Source: an uncultured Candidatus Binatia bacterium | GTDB lineage: Bacteria > Desulfobacterota > Binatia > UBA9968 > JAJDTQ01 | DNA: 64,000 bases | Direction: 5' to 3' | Assembly (NCBI GenBank): GCA_964291295.2 | Contig: OZ219754.1 | Span: 384,001-448,000, forward strand | Notes under the pieces: generated by a model | Told to the model about the DNA's origin: nothing | The model's database searches: none | What the model saw: the letters and a program-made list of their open reading frames with translations, nothing else | Shown: positions 61,204 to 64,000 of the stretch, piece by piece | Layout: every line of letters begins with the position of its first letter | Position numbering within the stretch: the first letter of the stretch is position 1 | Program-made: the position numbers and the translations under genes

Positions 61204-62173
61204 AGAGCACGTCGATCAGAAAGTTGATGGCGACGAAAGCCGCCGTGTACACCAGCACCAGCCCGGTGACCAGCGGATGGTCGCGGGCGTTGAGGGCGAT
61301 GACAAGGAGACTGCCGCTGCCCGGCCACGAGAAGACCGTCTCCACGATGATCGAGCCGCTCAGCAGCGTCCCGAGTTCGAGCCCCACCACGGTGATCACC
61401 GGGATCAGCGCGTTGCTCACCACGTGACGCCACAGCACCCTGCGCTCCGCCAGCCCCTTGGCGCGTGCCGTGGTCACGTACTCCTCGTGCATGACCTCCA
61501 GCACCGACGACCGGGTCACCCGCATGAGGATGCCCAGCATGTTCGAGCCCAGCGCCAGCGCCGGCAGGAAGACATGCTCCGCGCCGTCGCGCACGCCGGC
61601 CCAGTTCCCCTGAAGGGCGCTGTCAAGGATGTAGAACCCGGTGATGCTCGGGCCGGCGATGCCGTAGGTGTCCCTTCCCGCCGATGGCAATATGTTCAGT
61701 ACTCCGGCGAAGAGCAGGATCAGCATGATGCCGAACCAGAAGCTGGGCATGCTGATGCCGAAGAGGCCGAAGGTGGTGCCGGTGTTGTCCACCCAGGAGT
61801 TGGGCCGGGCCGCGGCCCATACTCCCAAGGGTATGGCGAACAGGAGTGCGATGAGGACCGAGGCGGCGGCCAGTTCCAGCGTCGCCGGGATCCGGTTGAC
61901 GATCACGTCCAGCACCGGCTCGTCGTACTTGAAGGAGCGCCCCAGATTGCCCTGGGCCGCAGACATGAGGAACTTGACGTACTGGACGTAGATGGGCTGG
62001 TCCAGCCCCCAGCGATCCCGCGCCTCGGCAATATCCTCGGCGGTGCTGTCCTCGCCCAGGAGCATGAGCGTCGGATCGCCGGGAGCCGCCTGGATCAGCA
62101 GGAAGACGAGCAGGCTGATCAGCACCATGACCGGAATCGTTCCGATCAGGCGGCGAAGCAGATAGGTTCCCAT
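61172..62173 (-). CDS. Dipeptide/oligopeptide/nickel ABC transporter permease (DppB/OppB-like)
   Basis: APGDP, GLDQP, PATLEL, YVTTARAKGL and VETVFSWPG. Confidence 0.92.
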   Translation of the reverse strand: MGTYLLRRLIGTIPVMVLISLLVFLLIQAAPGDPTLMLLGEDSTAEDIAEARDRWGLDQPIYVQYVKFLMSAAQGNLGRSFKYDEPVLDVIVNRIPATLELAAASVLIALLFAIPLGVWAAARPNSWVDNTGTTFGLFGISMPSFWFGIMLILLFAGVLNILPSAGRDTYGIAGPSITGFYILDSALQGNWAGVRDGAEHVFLPALALGSNMLGILMRVTRSSVLEVMHEEYVTTARAKGLAERRVLWRHVVSNALIPVITVVGLELGTLLSGSIIVETVFSWPGSGSLLVIALNARDHPLVTGLVLVYTAAFVAINFLIDVLYAIIDPRIRY

Positions 62174-62323
62174 GGACGACTTTCTTGAAAGCCTACCGTC
62201 TATGCCATCGCCCGCGTGAATTCAAGGAGCGTGATTGCAAGGACCGTCATGGACCGTCGTCCCGCCCGCGGGCATGTGCTATGGGTGGAACCCGGGGCTC
62301 CGAAGGACCCGGAAGGGAGAGGC

Positions 62324-63751
62324 ATGGCAAGGGATCTGCGTGCGTTCATTGAACAGCTTGCGGCCGCGGCGCCGGACCAGATCCACATGGTCACCCGGCG
62401 GGTGGACCGCAGGTTCGACATCACCGCCATCGCCGAGCGGCTGGGCGAGGACGGCCGCTTCCCGGCGCTGTTCTTCACCGACGTGGCCGGCGCGTCCATG
62501 CCGCTGGTCATCAATCTGACCGCGACCTACGAACGGCTGGCCCTGGCCCTGGGCACCCGCGTGCCGGACATGGTCCGGGTCTACGGCGAGCGTCAGGCCA
62601 ACCCGATCCCGGCGAAAACCGTCGCCGACGGCCCCGTGAAGGAGGTGGTCCTCAAGGGGGACGCCGTCGACCTGTCGACCCTGCCCATTCCGTTTCACAA
62701 CGAACTCGACGCCGGCCCCTACATCACCGGCGGCGTCCTGATCCTGAAAGATCCCGATACCGGTGCCCAGAACGCCGGGCTCTATCGCCACCAGCTTCAC
62801 GATCGCCGCACCCTCGGCGTCTACATCCAGGGCAGCCATCACGGCGGCTACATCTACCGCCGCAACGCCGAACGCGGCGAGCCCACCGAGTTCGCCCTGG
62901 TCGTCGGACACTATCCGACGTTCATGCTCGGAGCGGTCTCGCGCCTGCCCGGCATCGGCGGCGAGTTCGCCGAGGCCGGCGCGCTGCTGCGGGAGCCCAT
63001 CGAACTGGTGAAGGCCGAGACCGTGGACCTCATGGTGCCGGCGCACGCGGAGATCGTCGTCGAGGGAAGGCTGCCGCCGGACGAGACGCGCCTGGAAGGC
63101 CCCTTCGGCGAGTGGACCGGCTACTACGTCAGCGTCGGCGCCCAGCCGGTGATGCACGTGTCAGCCATGACCCGGCGCCGGAACCCCATCTACTACGACG
63201 TCTTTCCGGCCGGCCAGGAGCACCTGGTGCTGGGCAGCCTGCCGCGCATGGGCACCATCTACCGGCGGGTCCGTGAGGCCGTCCCCGGAGTGGTCAACGT
63301 CAACGTGCCGGCCCACGCCCGCACCCACTGCTACATCTCCATCCGCAAGACCCGGGACTCGGAGGTCAAGCGGGCCGCCCTGGCCGCCATCGGCACCGAG
63401 CCCGAGAACCTCCGGTGCGTCGTGGTCGTGGACGACGACATCAACGTATTCAGCGAACCCGAGGTGACCTGGGCGGTGGGCACCCGCATGCGCCCGGACA
63501 AGGACGTGCTCACCATCCCGGACTGGAACGGACCCGGCGACCTCCTGCCGTCCAACTGGGAGTACACCGTGGACGGCGCCCACCAACCGGTCACCGGCGC
63601 GGTCATGATCCTGGACGCCACCAAACCCGCACCCCCCATCCAGTACCCGCAGCGGGCGCGACCGCCCCGAGAGAAAGTGCGGGAGGTGCGGCTGGACGGG
63701 CTGCTGAAACCTTTCGACCCGTCGTTCATGCGTCAGGGAGGGTCTGGATGA
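62324..63751 (+). CDS. UbiD-family (prFMN-dependent) decarboxylase
   Basis: DAGPYIT, NAGLYRHQ, AEIVVEG, EGPFGEWTGYY and VVVDDDINV. Confidence 0.92.
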   Translation: MARDLRAFIEQLAAAAPDQIHMVTRRVDRRFDITAIAERLGEDGRFPALFFTDVAGASMPLVINLTATYERLALALGTRVPDMVRVYGERQANPIPAKTVADGPVKEVVLKGDAVDLSTLPIPFHNELDAGPYITGGVLILKDPDTGAQNAGLYRHQLHDRRTLGVYIQGSHHGGYIYRRNAERGEPTEFALVVGHYPTFMLGAVSRLPGIGGEFAEAGALLREPIELVKAETVDLMVPAHAEIVVEGRLPPDETRLEGPFGEWTGYYVSVGAQPVMHVSAMTRRRNPIYYDVFPAGQEHLVLGSLPRMGTIYRRVREAVPGVVNVNVPAHARTHCYISIRKTRDSEVKRAALAAIGTEPENLRCVVVVDDDINVFSEPEVTWAVGTRMRPDKDVLTIPDWNGPGDLLPSNWEYTVDGAHQPVTGAVMILDATKPAPPIQYPQRARPPREKVREVRLDGLLKPFDPSFMRQGGSG

Positions 63752-63775
63752 CGCCGGGGTTGGGGGGCAGGGAGA

Positions 63776-63918
63776 GTCTGTGCGGTCACGGAACGTCTGT
63801 GCGGTCACGGAGGGTCCTGACGGTCACGGAGGTTTTCCTGTTCATGGCCATCCTGTTCATGGCCAAAGGGTCGGGAACCAAAAGGTCGGAGACCGCCGGA
63901 CATGCGGTCGGACATGCG
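63776..63918. repeat. Stack of short tandem duplications (19-bp x3, 15-bp x2, ~15-bp x2, ~12-bp x2)
   Basis: GTCTGTGCGGTCACGGA(A/G).. x3, TCCTGTTCATGGCCA x2, CCAAA(G/A)GGTCGG x2 and CGGACATGCG x2. Confidence 0.85.
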
Positions 63919-64000
63919 AGAGGTCGCTGTTTCCTTCGTATCAAAACGACGCGGTTCAAGGCGCGCTGGGAAGAGGGGGAAAGATCGAGCCATCTCGCGT

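Noticed and set aside
63776-63918. Repeat stack as a possible CRISPR array
   Set aside because: The units are adjacent with no unique spacers, the families are unrelated and too short, and no cas genes are present.

Overview
High-GC bacterial chromosomal window. The gene content resembles a deltaproteobacterial/Binatia-like organism, but that taxonomy is inferred. From left to right: (1) the 5' part of a type-3 BREX locus (HTH, brxF, DUF6079/brxC) running off the left edge; (2) a complete coenzyme F420 operon (cofG-cofH-cofD-cofC-cofE-npdG plus an amidohydrolase); (3) a CNNM/CBS protein, hisC, clpB, bioF-bioA-bioD and larC; (4) an accessory pair of a divergent Hsp70 with TPR-like repeats and a compact SF1 helicase beside tRNA-Ala(CGC); (5) a SYLF protein, then a promoter-preceded ~133-nt structured RNA candidate ahead of a TbpB-like lipoprotein; (6) housekeeping genes gloA, ppiD, mreBCD-mrdA-rodA, trxA, pepA, folE, ptsP, a sigma28-like factor, an M48 protease, fabI and pduO; (7) a catabolic/transport region with TctA-B, TctC, two paralogous MFS, cytochromes c, an M24-fold protein lacking metal ligands, an LLM oxidoreductase, ABC permeases, UbiD and decayed genes. 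The best candidates for something undescribed are the Hsp70-TPR/helicase module and the structured RNA leader. Short tandem micro-duplications also recur at gene boundaries throughout. All calls come from reading motifs by eye; no database searches were run.
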